64,000 bases of DNA from an uncultured Chloroflexia bacterium (GTDB taxonomy: Bacteria > Chloroflexota > Limnocylindria > Limnocylindrales > CSP1-4): NCBI GenBank assembly GCA_963746845.1, contig CAVVCZ010000004.1:192001-256000 (forward strand), read 5' to 3'. This document shows positions 20,546-32,338 of this stretch, one piece after another. Each line of letters begins with the position of its first letter. Positions within the stretch are counted from its first letter, which is position 1. Under the pieces are notes generated by a model that saw only the letters and a list, made by a program, of their open reading frames with translations, made no database searches and was not told where the DNA came from. The translations under genes and the position numbers were made by a program.

Positions 20546-21040
20546 TCAGTCACCGGTGCCGGCGGCCTCGATGATGGCGGCGCGAAGGTTGTCCTTGAAC
20601 GCCTGGCCCCACGGGCCCTGCCCGGACAGCACGAAGGGCGACGTCTCGACCGTCTCGTACGTGTCGGGGTCCGTGATATAGCTCCGCGCACAGCCGTCGA
20701 TGGTCGAGCGGAGCCGCTCGTACGAGTCACGGTTCCGGAAGATGTAGAGGTAGAGCCGGACCGGCGTCGTCTGATCGAGACCGACCGCATCGAAGGCGAT
20801 CGCCGTCTTCGCGAGCTCAACGTCGTCGCAGCCGGCGTCACCCGACACGATGTGGCTGACCTGGATCCCCCGCTGGACGACCTCACCGGCGATCCCCTGG
20901 AAGTCGGCTGGCGTCGGCGCGGGCGGGGCGACCGACAGCCGATCGCAGCCCACGAGCATCGCGGCGAGCGCGACGACGGCGAGCGCGATCGCCGCGACGG
21001 AACGGGCGCGACGGAACCACGGCGGGCCGGCGGGGGACAT
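20546..21040 (-). CDS. putative lipoprotein
   Basis: Signal peptide with LVGC lipobox; leaderless -10 TACGCT. Confidence 0.75.
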   Translation of the reverse strand: MSPAGPPWFRRARSVAAIALAVVALAAMLVGCDRLSVAPPAPTPADFQGIAGEVVQRGIQVSHIVSGDAGCDDVELAKTAIAFDAVGLDQTTPVRLYLYIFRNRDSYERLRSTIDGCARSYITDPDTYETVETSPFVLSGQGPWGQAFKDNLRAAIIEAAGTGD

Positions 21041-21067
21041 CGTCGCGAGCGTACACGGCGCGCCGGA

Positions 21068-23983
21068 CTATCGCTCGCGAGCCCGCCGCTTTGCGTCGCG
21101 CAGGCGCGCGAGGGTGTCACCGTCGTCGGCCGCCGGCGCGGCCGCGGGGCTCGGCGCTGCCGGGGCCGGGGTCGGCGCGGGCGCGTGAGCGGTCACCCGT
21201 GGCGAGGCCGCTTCCACGGTCGAAGTCGCCGCGACAGCCGTCCCCGCGGTCGGCTCGTCAGTCCGCAGCAACGCGGCCCGCGCCGACGACCCGGCCGCCC
21301 GGTCCCGGGCCGCCATCATCCCCGCGACCTCCGCCGTCCGCGGCGCCACCGCCCGTCGCGAGCCGCCGGTCAGCCAGCGCCGCGCGTCCACGAGCTCCCG
21401 CCGCCCGATCGAGACCCGTCGCAGGGCGATGTCCAGCGGCCACAGGAGCAGCGCGAGGATCAGCAGCACGGGCCACAGGTCGGTCGAGGCGGCGTTCGTC
21501 GCGAGGTCGTGCGTCCACGGCTCCTCGGGGGTCTCGATCGCCCGACCGGCCGTCGCGGACCGCAGCGTGGCGAGGAACGCCTCGTTCGTCCCCAGGACCC
21601 GGTACTCGGCGGGCGTCGGAGCCACGAGTCCGAGCGTCCGGCCCAGCGCCGCCGCGCCCGGCCGCGTCTGCGAGACCCGGATGACGTACGCGCCCGGGTC
21701 GATCTCGCCGAGTGGCGCCTCGTAGACGCCGGGCGCGACCTGCGCGAGCCCGACGGCCTTCGAGGTCAGGTCGGGCTCCGTCATCGCGACGGCGGTCGAG
21801 TAGAAGTCGCGTGGCGAGCCGTCCTCGGCGACGCTCTCGACCCGGAGCTTCGTCTGGTTCCCCTCGGTCACGAAGGTCGCCTCGATGCCGCCCGTCTCCT
21901 CACCGGGGAACGTCCATGACACGAGCTGGCTGAAGAACCGGCTGAACCCGTCCCAGGCGATCCAGCTCTTCGCCCAGCGACCGGTGGAGTCCGATGTCCA
22001 GGCCACCGACCGCCCCAGGCCGTACTGCCACTGCGCGAGGAGCGGGTCGTCCCGGGCCGTGACGAGGACCGTCTGGGCGGCCGCCTTGGCCGTCGTGCCG
22101 TTGTAGCCGAGCAGCTGCGGCAGCGCGTCGATCCCGCGGAGGATCGGCGACTGCGATGTCAGGATCGGGTGGAACGTCTCTTCGACGATCTGCTGGCCGG
22201 CGACCTGCTGGGTCTCCTTGAGGAAGATGTCGGGGATGCTCGCCGGGTTCGTCGCGGGATAGAAGCGACCACCGCCGTCCTTCGCGAGCTGGGCCAGGAA
22301 CGGGTTCGCGCCGCCGCCGGCACCCACGGTCGACAGCGTGATCCCATCCGCCTTCATCTGCTTGAGGATCGCGTCGTACTGGCCCGAGGTCGACCAGCCG
22401 TCGGTCAGCAGGATGATGTGGCGCCGCGTCGCGGTCGTCGTCTCGAGCGACTTCACGGCCTGGTCGAGACCCGCGAAGATGTTCGTCTGCCCGAGCGGCT
22501 GGATACCCGCGATCGCCCCGCCGAGGTCCGGGATCCCGCCGAGCGGCTGGGTGTGAACGACCCAGTGGGCGCTCTCGTCGAAGGCCACGATCCCCAGCTG
22601 GTCGCGTGCCGACATCGCGGCGGCGGCGCGGAGTATCGCCTCCTTGCCGATGTCGACCTTGCGGACCCCGGCGATGCCGGACCCGGAGCCGCGGTCGAAC
22701 GTGTTGCAGTGGCAGGCATCCATCGACCCGGACTTGTCGATGACGACGACGAGGGCGACGTCCGGCTGCTTCTGCTGGTCCTTGACCCCCATGTCGACCG
22801 GCAGCGCCTCCTCGACGGGCGTGTCCGTGTAGCCGCCGGCCCCGTAGCTCTTCGGGCCGCCGATCATCACGAGGCCCTTGCCGAAGTCCCGGACGTACTG
22901 CTGGAGCGCGGACAGCTGGTCGTTCGAGAGCCGGAGCCGCGACACGTCGACGAGGACGATGCTGTCGTACGCGAGCAGGCCCTCGATCCCGGTCGGCAGC
23001 TGCTCCGGGATCAGGGTGTCGACCTGCTCGCGCTCGGTCCGGAGCGCCCCGACCAGCTCCGCCGCGACCTTCTCGTCGCCGGCGAGGACGAGGACCTGGG
23101 GCTCGCCCTTGACGATCGTGTCGGAGTCGGCGCGGTTGTTCTGGCTGAACGTGTCGCGACCCGCCTCCACGACCGCGCGGAACGTGTGGAACCCGGCCTC
23201 GGTCGGCTTGACGAGGAACGTGACCCGGTTCGAGCCCACCGCGAGATCCACGGTCTTCTCCGCGACCTGGGCCCCGTCGGCATAGAGCCGGATGGTTGCG
23301 GGCTGGGCGACGGTCGAGTGGACGTCGGCGGTCGCCTCGATCTCCTCGCCGATCCGTGCCGTGGATGGCGTCGTGAGCCGATCGACGAGCACCTCGTCGG
23401 CCGTCCCGAGCCCGATCGCCCGCGTCTCGATCTGGACGCCGCGGGCGGCCGCGAGGGCCGCCTCGGACTGGCCCGAGCCGGTCGTGTCGTTGCCGTCGGA
23501 GATCAGGACGATCCGCTTCTGGGCGTCGTCGGGGAAGAGCGCCGAGGCGAGCCGGAGCGCGGCACCGATGTCCGTCGCGGACCGGACCGGCGTGGAGGCG
23601 ATCCGGTCGATCTCGCGGACCTCGGCCGGCAGCCGCTCCACGAGCGCCGCGCGTCCGAACCCGACGATCCCCGCGACATCGCCCTCGGGCATCACCTTGA
23701 GGCTGTCGCGGATCCAGGCGAGCGCATCCTCGCGGCCGGGCTGGCCGACCGAGTCGGACAGGTCGACGACGTAGACGGTCGCGAGGCGATCGACCGGCAG
23801 CACGAGGCGGAACCCCGCGAGGGCCAGGACGAGCACCGCCATGAGGACCGTCCGGACGAGGAGCGCCAGCCGCCGTCGTCCGAGCCCCATCCGGCGGCGC
23901 GAGGCGAGATGCAGCCCGATCGTCAGCCCGAGGGCAGGGACGAGGAGGAGGAGCGCCAGCGGCGCGTCGAAGCCGACGCCCAT
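21068..23983 (-). CDS. double-VWA and glutamine-amidotransferase-like membrane protein
   Basis: MIDAS motifs DLSDS and DKSGS, GLVMIGGPKSYGAGGY, WQYGLGRSVAWTSD, terminal TMs. Confidence 0.88.
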   Translation of the reverse strand: MGVGFDAPLALLLLVPALGLTIGLHLASRRRMGLGRRRLALLVRTVLMAVLVLALAGFRLVLPVDRLATVYVVDLSDSVGQPGREDALAWIRDSLKVMPEGDVAGIVGFGRAALVERLPAEVREIDRIASTPVRSATDIGAALRLASALFPDDAQKRIVLISDGNDTTGSGQSEAALAAARGVQIETRAIGLGTADEVLVDRLTTPSTARIGEEIEATADVHSTVAQPATIRLYADGAQVAEKTVDLAVGSNRVTFLVKPTEAGFHTFRAVVEAGRDTFSQNNRADSDTIVKGEPQVLVLAGDEKVAAELVGALRTEREQVDTLIPEQLPTGIEGLLAYDSIVLVDVSRLRLSNDQLSALQQYVRDFGKGLVMIGGPKSYGAGGYTDTPVEEALPVDMGVKDQQKQPDVALVVVIDKSGSMDACHCNTFDRGSGSGIAGVRKVDIGKEAILRAAAAMSARDQLGIVAFDESAHWVVHTQPLGGIPDLGGAIAGIQPLGQTNIFAGLDQAVKSLETTTATRRHIILLTDGWSTSGQYDAILKQMKADGITLSTVGAGGGANPFLAQLAKDGGGRFYPATNPASIPDIFLKETQQVAGQQIVEETFHPILTSQSPILRGIDALPQLLGYNGTTAKAAAQTVLVTARDDPLLAQWQYGLGRSVAWTSDSTGRWAKSWIAWDGFSRFFSQLVSWTFPGEETGGIEATFVTEGNQTKLRVESVAEDGSPRDFYSTAVAMTEPDLTSKAVGLAQVAPGVYEAPLGEIDPGAYVIRVSQTRPGAAALGRTLGLVAPTPAEYRVLGTNEAFLATLRSATAGRAIETPEEPWTHDLATNAASTDLWPVLLILALLLWPLDIALRRVSIGRRELVDARRWLTGGSRRAVAPRTAEVAGMMAARDRAAGSSARAALLRTDEPTAGTAVAATSTVEAASPRVTAHAPAPTPAPAAPSPAAAPAADDGDTLARLRDAKRRARER

Positions 23984-26073
23984 CAGCCGTTCCCCGCCGG
24001 GCGCCGGAGCCGGCCCTTCCCGGCGCGCCAGCCACGCTGGACCGTGTCGCGGTGATAGATCGCCCACTCGAGGCAGAGCACGACGAGGACGACGAAGACG
24101 ATCGGGATCCACAGCTCGTCGCGGGCGTTCGGCCGCGTCTCGGCCACGCTGCCGCCGCCCGCGGGCGCCCCGGAGGCGCCGGGGGCCGGCGCGGCCTTCC
24201 CGAGGTCCTCCAGCACGCGCGGCGGGCCGGGGGCAATTGCCGACTCGGACGCGTCGAAGAGATCGACCGCGAAGGCGATCGGCCGGGAGGCATCAACGTC
24301 CGGCGCGCCCGAGCCCGATGGCGCGACCGCGGCCGCCGACGGTGCCGCGGTGGCCGCCCCGGACGGCGTGCCGGAGGCGTCCGGGGCCGCGATCGGCGTC
24401 GCCGTGTAGATGCCGAGGAGATCGGTCTGGGTGAACGTCACGCTCGGTCCGGCGGCGGCGCCCGGGATCAGGTCCGTCGCGCTGCCGTCCGGCCGGACCA
24501 CGTGGAGCCCCGCAGCGCCCGCAGGCACGGTCAGGACGATCGGGTCGCCCGGCTCGACGGCCGTCGTTGGCGCCGCGGAGCCGCCCAGCAGCTCACCGGT
24601 CAGGTTCGCGATCAGGATCGGGAACGCGACCTGGAGCGGCAGGTCGGACTCGCGCGGCTCGAACGCGAGCACGGCCGTGGGGATGCCGGCCCGGACCCCG
24701 GCATACAGGAGCGGCGCGCCCTTCGGGCCCGGGATCACGGTCCGCGCCCAGGCCGGGAGCGTCAGCGACCGCGCTTCGGCGATGTGGGTGGTCGTCAGGT
24801 CGACGTAGCGGAGGATCGGCTCGTCGGTCCCGAGCGTGCCGATCCCGGGGTTCTTCAGGACGCCACCGACCTCGCCCAGCCCGCTCGAGCTCGGCGGGGC
24901 GATCGCCAGGATCGGCGTCGCGGGCAGGGTCGCCGGAACGGTGCCCTCGAAGATGATCAGGTCCCACGCCGAGCCGTCGCGCCGGACGGCGCCCGCCGGA
25001 TACTCGGACGGCTTCAGCCCGAACAGCCGGCTGTTCGGCAGATACGAGAGGGCGGTCTCGAGATACGGGTCGCCCTCGCCCACGACGAGGATGTTCCGCT
25101 CCCGCTGGGGCGGGACGACGGCCCAGGCACGGTCGTCCGCGGCCAGGAGATCGGGCCGGGCGTTCGGGTCGGCGTCCTCGGGCGCCGTCAGGCGGATCTC
25201 GATCGTCGCGACCTCGGCTGGGACGTCGTCGACGATCACGTCCGCCTTCTGCTGCGCATCGATCTGGATCGTCCGCGTCTCGAGCAGCCGGTCGTCGCCC
25301 CACACCTCGACCCGCCGCGTCGCCGCCTCGAGATCCAGGTTCGCGATGCTCACGAAGACCGAGCGCGTCACGGCCGACGGCGCGGTCCGCACCGCCAACG
25401 CCACGATGGCCTGGTTCCGGCTGCCCTTGGGATCGCCGACGCGGAGGACCCGGACCGGCGAATCGACCTTCGTCGTTGGCGGGACCGCCAGCGCGGCATC
25501 GGTGGCGACGAGGATCTCCGCGTCGCCCGACTGGACGGCCAGCTGCTGGGCGAGCGCCAGCGCGTCCGTGAGGTCGCCGCGGGCCACGCTCGGGCGGATC
25601 GAGTCGATCGCCCCCCGGACCCGCCCGAGATCCGTCGTCCCGGTCGCCACGATGCGGGCCGTCCGCCCGGCCTCGATCACGCTGACCTTGCCGCCCGCCG
25701 GCAGGTCCCTGAGCGCGTCCTTGGCCGCGTCACGCGCGGCGGCGAGGCGATCGGGCGGGGTGTCCGTGGCGCTCATGCTCGCGGAGGTGTCGATGATCAG
25801 GACGATGTCCCGGGCCAGACCGGCCGGCCGCTCGAGGAACGGACGTGCGGCCAGGAGCGCCAGCACGACGACGAGCAGCAGCTGGAGGAGGAACAGCAGG
25901 CTCCGGCGGAGCTTCTGCCACGGAGCATTCGCCTCGACATCGGCGGCCAGCCGCTGCCAGAGCAGCGTGGACGGGACGACCGTCTCGCGCCGGCGCAGGC
26001 GGAGCAGGTACATCGCGATGACCGCCGGCACGAACAGCAGGCCGAGCAGCGCCAGCGGGGTCGTGAAGGGCAT
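23983..26073 (-). CDS. BatA-domain/VWA membrane protein
   Basis: N-terminal double TM (VVPSTLLW...LLQLL...ARP), DTSASM MIDAS, C-terminal TM LCLEW. Confidence 0.88.
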   Translation of the reverse strand: MPFTTPLALLGLLFVPAVIAMYLLRLRRRETVVPSTLLWQRLAADVEANAPWQKLRRSLLFLLQLLLVVVLALLAARPFLERPAGLARDIVLIIDTSASMSATDTPPDRLAAARDAAKDALRDLPAGGKVSVIEAGRTARIVATGTTDLGRVRGAIDSIRPSVARGDLTDALALAQQLAVQSGDAEILVATDAALAVPPTTKVDSPVRVLRVGDPKGSRNQAIVALAVRTAPSAVTRSVFVSIANLDLEAATRRVEVWGDDRLLETRTIQIDAQQKADVIVDDVPAEVATIEIRLTAPEDADPNARPDLLAADDRAWAVVPPQRERNILVVGEGDPYLETALSYLPNSRLFGLKPSEYPAGAVRRDGSAWDLIIFEGTVPATLPATPILAIAPPSSSGLGEVGGVLKNPGIGTLGTDEPILRYVDLTTTHIAEARSLTLPAWARTVIPGPKGAPLLYAGVRAGIPTAVLAFEPRESDLPLQVAFPILIANLTGELLGGSAAPTTAVEPGDPIVLTVPAGAAGLHVVRPDGSATDLIPGAAAGPSVTFTQTDLLGIYTATPIAAPDASGTPSGAATAAPSAAAVAPSGSGAPDVDASRPIAFAVDLFDASESAIAPGPPRVLEDLGKAAPAPGASGAPAGGGSVAETRPNARDELWIPIVFVVLVVLCLEWAIYHRDTVQRGWRAGKGRLRRPAGNG

Positions 26074-26087
26074 CGGGCGGTTCGGCC

Positions 26088-27050
26088 TCAGGCGACCACG
26101 CGTCGACGCCGCAGCTCGGCGAAGACGAGGTCGTTCAGCGGGACGTCGGTCGACAGGTCGACGTAGGTCGCCGCGCGGCGGGCCGCCAGATCGGCGAACC
26201 CCCCCTTCCACGCGGCGAGCCGGTCGCGGTAGGCATCGATGGTCGCGAGGTCGGCGGTGACATCGATGCCCTCGCCGGTCTCGCTGTCGACGAGCCGGAG
26301 ATCGCCCTCCAGCGGCGGGTCCAGCTCCTGCGGGGAGAGCACGTGGAGGATGACGAGCTCCGAGCGGGTCGCGGCGAGCTCGCGGATCACCTTGTCCGCG
26401 GCCGGATCGAGGAGGTCGGACAGCAGGATGACAACGCCCCGGCCGGTGAGCTGCGCCGCGGCGTGCCGGGCGGCCGCCACGAGATCCGTCGCGCCGTCGG
26501 CCGGCGCGATGGCCGAGAGGTCCGTGAGGAGCCGGAACACACGGCCGGAGCCGCGGAGCGCCACCCGGCGCCGCGCCGAGCGACCACCGAGCACGCTGAC
26601 CGCGACGCGATCCTCCGACGCGAGCCCGATGTATCCGAGGGCCGCCGCAGCCCGCTTCGCGAACTGGAGCTTGTCCGGGTGCCCGCTCGCCATCGACGCG
26701 GAGGCGTCGAGGAGGAGCGTGATCGTCACGTCCTCCTCCTCCACGAAGAGCTTGACGAACAGCTTCTCGAGCCGGGCGAGGACGTTCCAGTCGAGCTGGC
26801 GCAGGTCGTCGCCGAGGGAGTAGTCGCGGAAATCGGCGAACTCGACGCTCTGGCCGCGCTTGACGCTCCGGCGGCCGCCCTTCAGACCGCCCCGGACCGG
26901 GGCCCGCATCAGGAGGAGCAGGCGCTCCAGCTGGCGGAGGAACGCCTCGTCGAAGACGGTCGGGTCGAGCTCGCCCGGCAGGAACGCGGGCCGGCCCGCG
27001 CCGCCGCCGCCCGGGCCGTCGGGCGGCGCGGCGCGCTCGGTCATCGCCAT
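26088..27050 (-). CDS. DUF58 domain protein
   Basis: GQSVEFADFRDYSLGDDLRQLDWN, LLDASASM. Confidence 0.92.
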   Translation of the reverse strand: MAMTERAAPPDGPGGGGAGRPAFLPGELDPTVFDEAFLRQLERLLLLMRAPVRGGLKGGRRSVKRGQSVEFADFRDYSLGDDLRQLDWNVLARLEKLFVKLFVEEEDVTITLLLDASASMASGHPDKLQFAKRAAAALGYIGLASEDRVAVSVLGGRSARRRVALRGSGRVFRLLTDLSAIAPADGATDLVAAARHAAAQLTGRGVVILLSDLLDPAADKVIRELAATRSELVILHVLSPQELDPPLEGDLRLVDSETGEGIDVTADLATIDAYRDRLAAWKGGFADLAARRAATYVDLSTDVPLNDLVFAELRRRRVVA

Positions 27051-27071
27051 GGTTCGCCGCCGGACGGGCGG

Positions 27072-28100
<1,029 letters not shown>

Positions 28101-28113
28101 CCGATCCTCCAGA

Positions 28114-30071
28114 TCACTTCGTGGGATCCAGCGAGCTGAAGTAGTCGCGGACGTAGTCCTTGACCGAGATCGGCACGTAGTTCCGATCGAGGCTCGTCAG
28201 GGCGTAGTCGTGGAAGTCGCCGAAGACCTGCTGGTACGGCGTGAGGGCGCCGTTGTTCTGGCCCTGGCCGGTCTGGTTCCCCTGCTGGGTCTGTCCGTCG
28301 CCGCCCGTCCCGGCCACGTAGGACGGGTCGCCCGGCTTGCCGAGCCGATCGAACGGGGCGAAGACGCTCGACAGGTCGGGCCCGAGCTGGGACGGCCGGT
28401 TCGGGTTGGTCGGGCCGCGCGGGGCGCCGCCACTGCTCGATCCCTGGCCGAGCGACCGCGCGCTCGAGCCGCCACCGCCGATGGCGCCCTGGCCTTGGCC
28501 CTGCCCCTGCCCCTGCCCCTGGCCCTGGCCCTGCCCCTGGCCTTGGCCCTGCCCTTGCCCCTGGCCCTGGCCCTGGCCCTGGCCTTGCCCCTGGCCCTGA
28601 CCCTGGCCGCTCTGACCGGGTCGCGGGCTCCCCCCTGACCCTGACCCTGACCCTGGCCCGGCTGACCGCTCTGGCCCGGCTGGCCCTGGCCCTGCTGCCC
28701 CGGTTGCCCGGCCTGGCCCGGCTGCCCCGCCTGGCCCTGCTGCCCCGCCTGGCCCGGTTGACCGGCGTTCGCCAGCGACCGCCGCGTCTCCTGGAGCTGG
28801 GACGCCGCACGGGCGAGATCGCGGTTGGTCTGGACCTGATCGCCTGCGCCCTGCAGCGCGTCGCCAAGCCGCTTCAGGGCGTCCTGTGCCGCCGCGGTCT
28901 GCCCCTGGGAGATGGCCTGCGCGGCGTCCCGGAGCGCCTGACCCGCCGATCCGCCGGCCTGCGACGCCGCCGACTGGAGGGCGGACAGCGCGGCGGCCAA
29001 GTCCCGGCGCGCTTCGGGAGTCATGGTGTCGAGCTGGTCGCCGAGCCGCTTCAGGTCGTCGGCCGTGACCTTCGGGTCGCCGTCCTTGTTCGCCTCGGGC
29101 TTGCCCGACGCCGCTCGCGAAAGGGACCGGTTGAGCGACGTCAGCGCCGATGCGCGCTGCTCGTTGCCCGGATCGAGCTGGGAGTGGAGCGATGCCTCGA
29201 CGGAGCCCACGTGCGCGAGGTTGGTCTTCAGGTCCTCGGGATGCATGCGGAGCTGGGCGGCGAGGTCCCGCAGGTCCGCGGCCAGACGGCTGCGGGGGTC
29301 GTCCGGCTTGGCGCCCTTCGACTCGAGCTCCTTCGCGATCTCGTCGATGCGGGTCGCCTGCTTCTGCGCCTCGTCGCGGTTGGCACGCGCCTGGGCGATG
29401 GCCTGGTCCTGCACGTTCGGCAGGATCACGAGTGGGGCGATCAGCACCGTCGCGACCAGCGCCACCACCGCCGGCCGTGTCGAGCGTCGTGGCCGGAAGA
29501 GGGACGCCGGCGCGATCTGCAGGGCACGCACCGCATCCAGCCGCTGGCGCCGGACGAAGTGCTCGATCTCGAGCTCGTCCGCGCCGGCCGCCCGGACCGG
29601 GGTTGCGTCGTCCGGCGCGGATGCCGCGTCGGCCGGTCCCGCGAACGCGGGCCAGGCCGCGGCGAGGGCGAACGCGCTGGAGACGCGGTCACCGAGGTGT
29701 CCTTCCGCGTCGACGGCGATCGCCGTCTCGCCGAGCGTCGGCCGGCAGCGGCTCGCGGCAACGAGGAACGCCCCGATGCCGATGGCGATGATCCCGATCA
29801 CGATCGAGGGCAGCGCCTCGATCGGGACGAGGCGGGCCAGCGCGAGCACCGCGGTGATGGCGATGAGCGTCACGGCGACGGCGATCCACGCTCGACGGAC
29901 GATCCGCCGAAGCCACAGCCGCCGTCGGTGACCGATCAGGCTCGCCCGGATCGCCTCGAGGCTCGGGTCGAGCGGTCCCGGCACCGTCAGCCGCGGATCC
30001 GGTGGTGCGATCGCGACCGCCGGGGCCGGTGCCGCGGCGCCGCCCCGACGGAACGCCGACCGGCGGATCAT
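28114..30071 (-). CDS. membrane coiled-coil protein with Gly-Gln low-complexity tract; frameshift at C-run 28630-28635
   Basis: Three TMs, coiled coil, (GQ)n; after a 1-nt correction joins C-terminal VKDYVRDYF ORF 28114..28317; ATGA overlap with permease. Confidence 0.8.
28489..28770. repeat. coding CCCTGG-type hexamer/nonamer tandem repeats (GQ/GQP tract)
   Basis: (ccctgg/ccctgc/ccttgg/ccctga)n runs visible directly. Confidence 0.9.
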
Positions 30072-31333
30072 GCGGCGCTCCGGCTCGGGCGGCGGAGCCA
30101 CCGCCACCGCCGGGTCGGCGAAACGAGCTGGATCGAGGCGACGATCAGGATGACCGAGAGGATCGCCCAGGCACGGAGGCTGCGCGGCCAGAAGGTGTCG
30201 CGCTGGACGCCGAAGGGCTGCGGTTCGACGGCCGCGACCTGGACAGTGCCGTCATCCCGGATCACGGTCCCGTCGGGGAGCACCTTGGCCGGGACCGGGA
30301 TGGCGACCCCGGTGTTCACGTCGATCGTTCCGCCGCCGACACCGAACCCGGGTTGCGTGCTCGGGAACAGACCGCCGCCGCTCACGCCGGTGCCGGTCGC
30401 GCTGATCGCGCCATTCGTCACGGTGTACAGCCGGCTGCACCAGCCTCCGTATCCGTCGGATGCCCCGCAGATCACGTCGTACTCGGCCGCGAACGGGTTG
30501 AACCACAGGAGCGCCTCGGGCGCGCGGCCCTTGATCGGGCCGAGGCCGGTGGATGCGGACACGAGCCCGGTCGTCGCGCTCACGCCCGACATCGTGTTCC
30601 AGAACAGGACGCCGAACATCGTCCCGAGCGACAGGAACAGCACCGCGAAGAACGTGACGACCGTCGCGCCCTGGGTCCGCTGCATCACCGCGGAGATGAA
30701 CAGCCCGAGCGAGCCGAGCCCGATCGCGGAGATGATCAGGACGGCGTACGCCCGCAGGACGTCGTCCGGGCCGACGCCGCCGAACACGAACACGATCGCC
30801 GTCAGCGGGATCGAGGCGGCGATCAGCAGGAAGACGTAGGCGAGCGCGCTGAACAGCTTGCCCACCACGATCGCCAGCGACGAGATCGGCGTCGCCGTGA
30901 GCATGTCGAGCGTCTGCTTCTCCCGCTCGAGGCTGATCGCGCCGGAGGTGAACGCCGGCGCGAGGAAGACGACGAGGAGCGTCTCGACGAGGATCAGCGC
31001 CCCGAACACCTCCTGGCCGACCTGGGCGGACGCGAATGCCGCCGAGCCGCCCTGGAGCGAGGCGTTCTGGACGTAGGCGCGTTCCGCGACCAGCTCCCAG
31101 GCCCACGCGAACATCGCGAGGAACAGCAGGTAGAAGGTCAGGACGACGAAGGCCCGCCGGCCGCGGACCCGTCCGCGGAGCTCCTTCACGCCGACCGCGA
31201 CGATCCCGCCCGCGCCGTTGCGGACCGCCCGGATCGGATGGGGCCGCCCCCGCGGCGCGTGCTCCGGCGGCGGCTTCACGGCCTCGGTTCTCGCTGCCCG
31301 TGTCACCGCGTCGTCGATCTCGGCGTTCGTCAC
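30068..31333 (-). CDS. ABC transporter permease
   Basis: KELRGRVRGRRAF, GAISLEREKQTLDMLTATP, IVVGKL; true start may be ATG 31371 with a 1-nt deletion in G-run 31357-31360. Confidence 0.88.
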   Translation of the reverse strand: MTNAEIDDAVTRAARTEAVKPPPEHAPRGRPHPIRAVRNGAGGIVAVGVKELRGRVRGRRAFVVLTFYLLFLAMFAWAWELVAERAYVQNASLQGGSAAFASAQVGQEVFGALILVETLLVVFLAPAFTSGAISLEREKQTLDMLTATPISSLAIVVGKLFSALAYVFLLIAASIPLTAIVFVFGGVGPDDVLRAYAVLIISAIGLGSLGLFISAVMQRTQGATVVTFFAVLFLSLGTMFGVLFWNTMSGVSATTGLVSASTGLGPIKGRAPEALLWFNPFAAEYDVICGASDGYGGWCSRLYTVTNGAISATGTGVSGGGLFPSTQPGFGVGGGTIDVNTGVAIPVPAKVLPDGTVIRDDGTVQVAAVEPQPFGVQRDTFWPRSLRAWAILSVILIVASIQLVSPTRRWRWLRRPSRSAA

Positions 31334-31372
31334 GTCCGGGACCGTCCAGTCGAGCTGGGGTCGTCGGTCATC

Positions 31373-32338
31373 TCAGGCCACCTGCTCGCTCGTCGGTCCG
31401 CCGTTGGCCGTGACCTGGAGGAAGAGCTCCTCCAGGTCGCTCGCGGCCCGGGCGAACGAGGAGATCCGGATCCCCGCTCCGACCGCGCCCGTCAGGAGAA
31501 CAGCGGCATCGTCGTCGTCGCCGCGGAACCCGATCTCCACGATGCCGCTGTCGAGGACCGTCGCCGACGCGACGCGCGGGTCCGCGGCGAAGTGGTCACG
31601 CGCGCGCTGGCGGTCGCCATCGCTGCCGAGCACGCCGACCCGGAGCACGGCGCCATAGCGCAGGCGGCGTTCGATGTCGCTGACCTTGCCGTGGGCCAGC
31701 ACCTGGCCGTGGTCGACGATCGCGACCGCGGTGCACAGCTCCTCCAGCTCGGGGAGGATGTGGCTGCTGATCACGATCGTCTTCCCGAGCGAGCGCAGCT
31801 CGCGGAGCAGCTCGCGCAGCTCCACGCGAGCCCGCGGGTCAAGGCCGGATGCCGGCTCGTCGAGGAGCAGGACCTGCGGATCGTGGACGAGGGTATGGGC
31901 GAGGCACAGACGCTGCTGCATGCCCCGTGACAGGCTCTGGACATACGCGTCGCGCTTCTCGCCGAGATCGACGAGGTCGAGCAGGTCGCCGATCATCCGG
32001 CGTCGCCGCGCTGCCGGGATCCCGTAGCAGCGGGCGAAGAAGTCGAGGTACTCCCAGACCTTCATGTCGTCGTACACGCCGAACACGTCCGGCATGAAGC
32101 CGAGGACGCGACGGGCCGCGTCGGGGTTCCGGCGGACGTCGATCCCGGCGATCTCGGCGTGGCCGGACGTCGCCGTGAGCAGCGTGGCGAGGATCCGCAG
32201 GGTCGTGGTCTTCCCGGCGCCGTTCGGACCGACCAGGCCGAAGATCTCCCCATCGGCCACGGCCAGATCGAGCCCGGCGACCGCGACCGTGCCCGGATAG
32301 CGCTTGACGAGGCCGCGGGTGACGACGATGTCGGTCAC
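31373..32338 (-). CDS. ABC transporter ATP-binding protein
   Basis: GPNGAGKTT, LSRGMQQR, LLLDEP, SSH; GTGA overlap with upstream gene. Confidence 0.95.
   Translation of the reverse strand: MTDIVVTRGLVKRYPGTVAVAGLDLAVADGEIFGLVGPNGAGKTTTLRILATLLTATSGHAEIAGIDVRRNPDAARRVLGFMPDVFGVYDDMKVWEYLDFFARCYGIPAARRRRMIGDLLDLVDLGEKRDAYVQSLSRGMQQRLCLAHTLVHDPQVLLLDEPASGLDPRARVELRELLRELRSLGKTIVISSHILPELEELCTAVAIVDHGQVLAHGKVSDIERRLRYGAVLRVGVLGSDGDRQRARDHFAADPRVASATVLDSGIVEIGFRGDDDDAAVLLTGAVGAGIRISSFARAASDLEELFLQVTANGGPTSEQVA

Noticed and set aside
28489-28770. CCCTGG repeats as a non-coding or telomere-like array
   Set aside because: Third-position variation shows they encode a Gly-Gln tract within a gene
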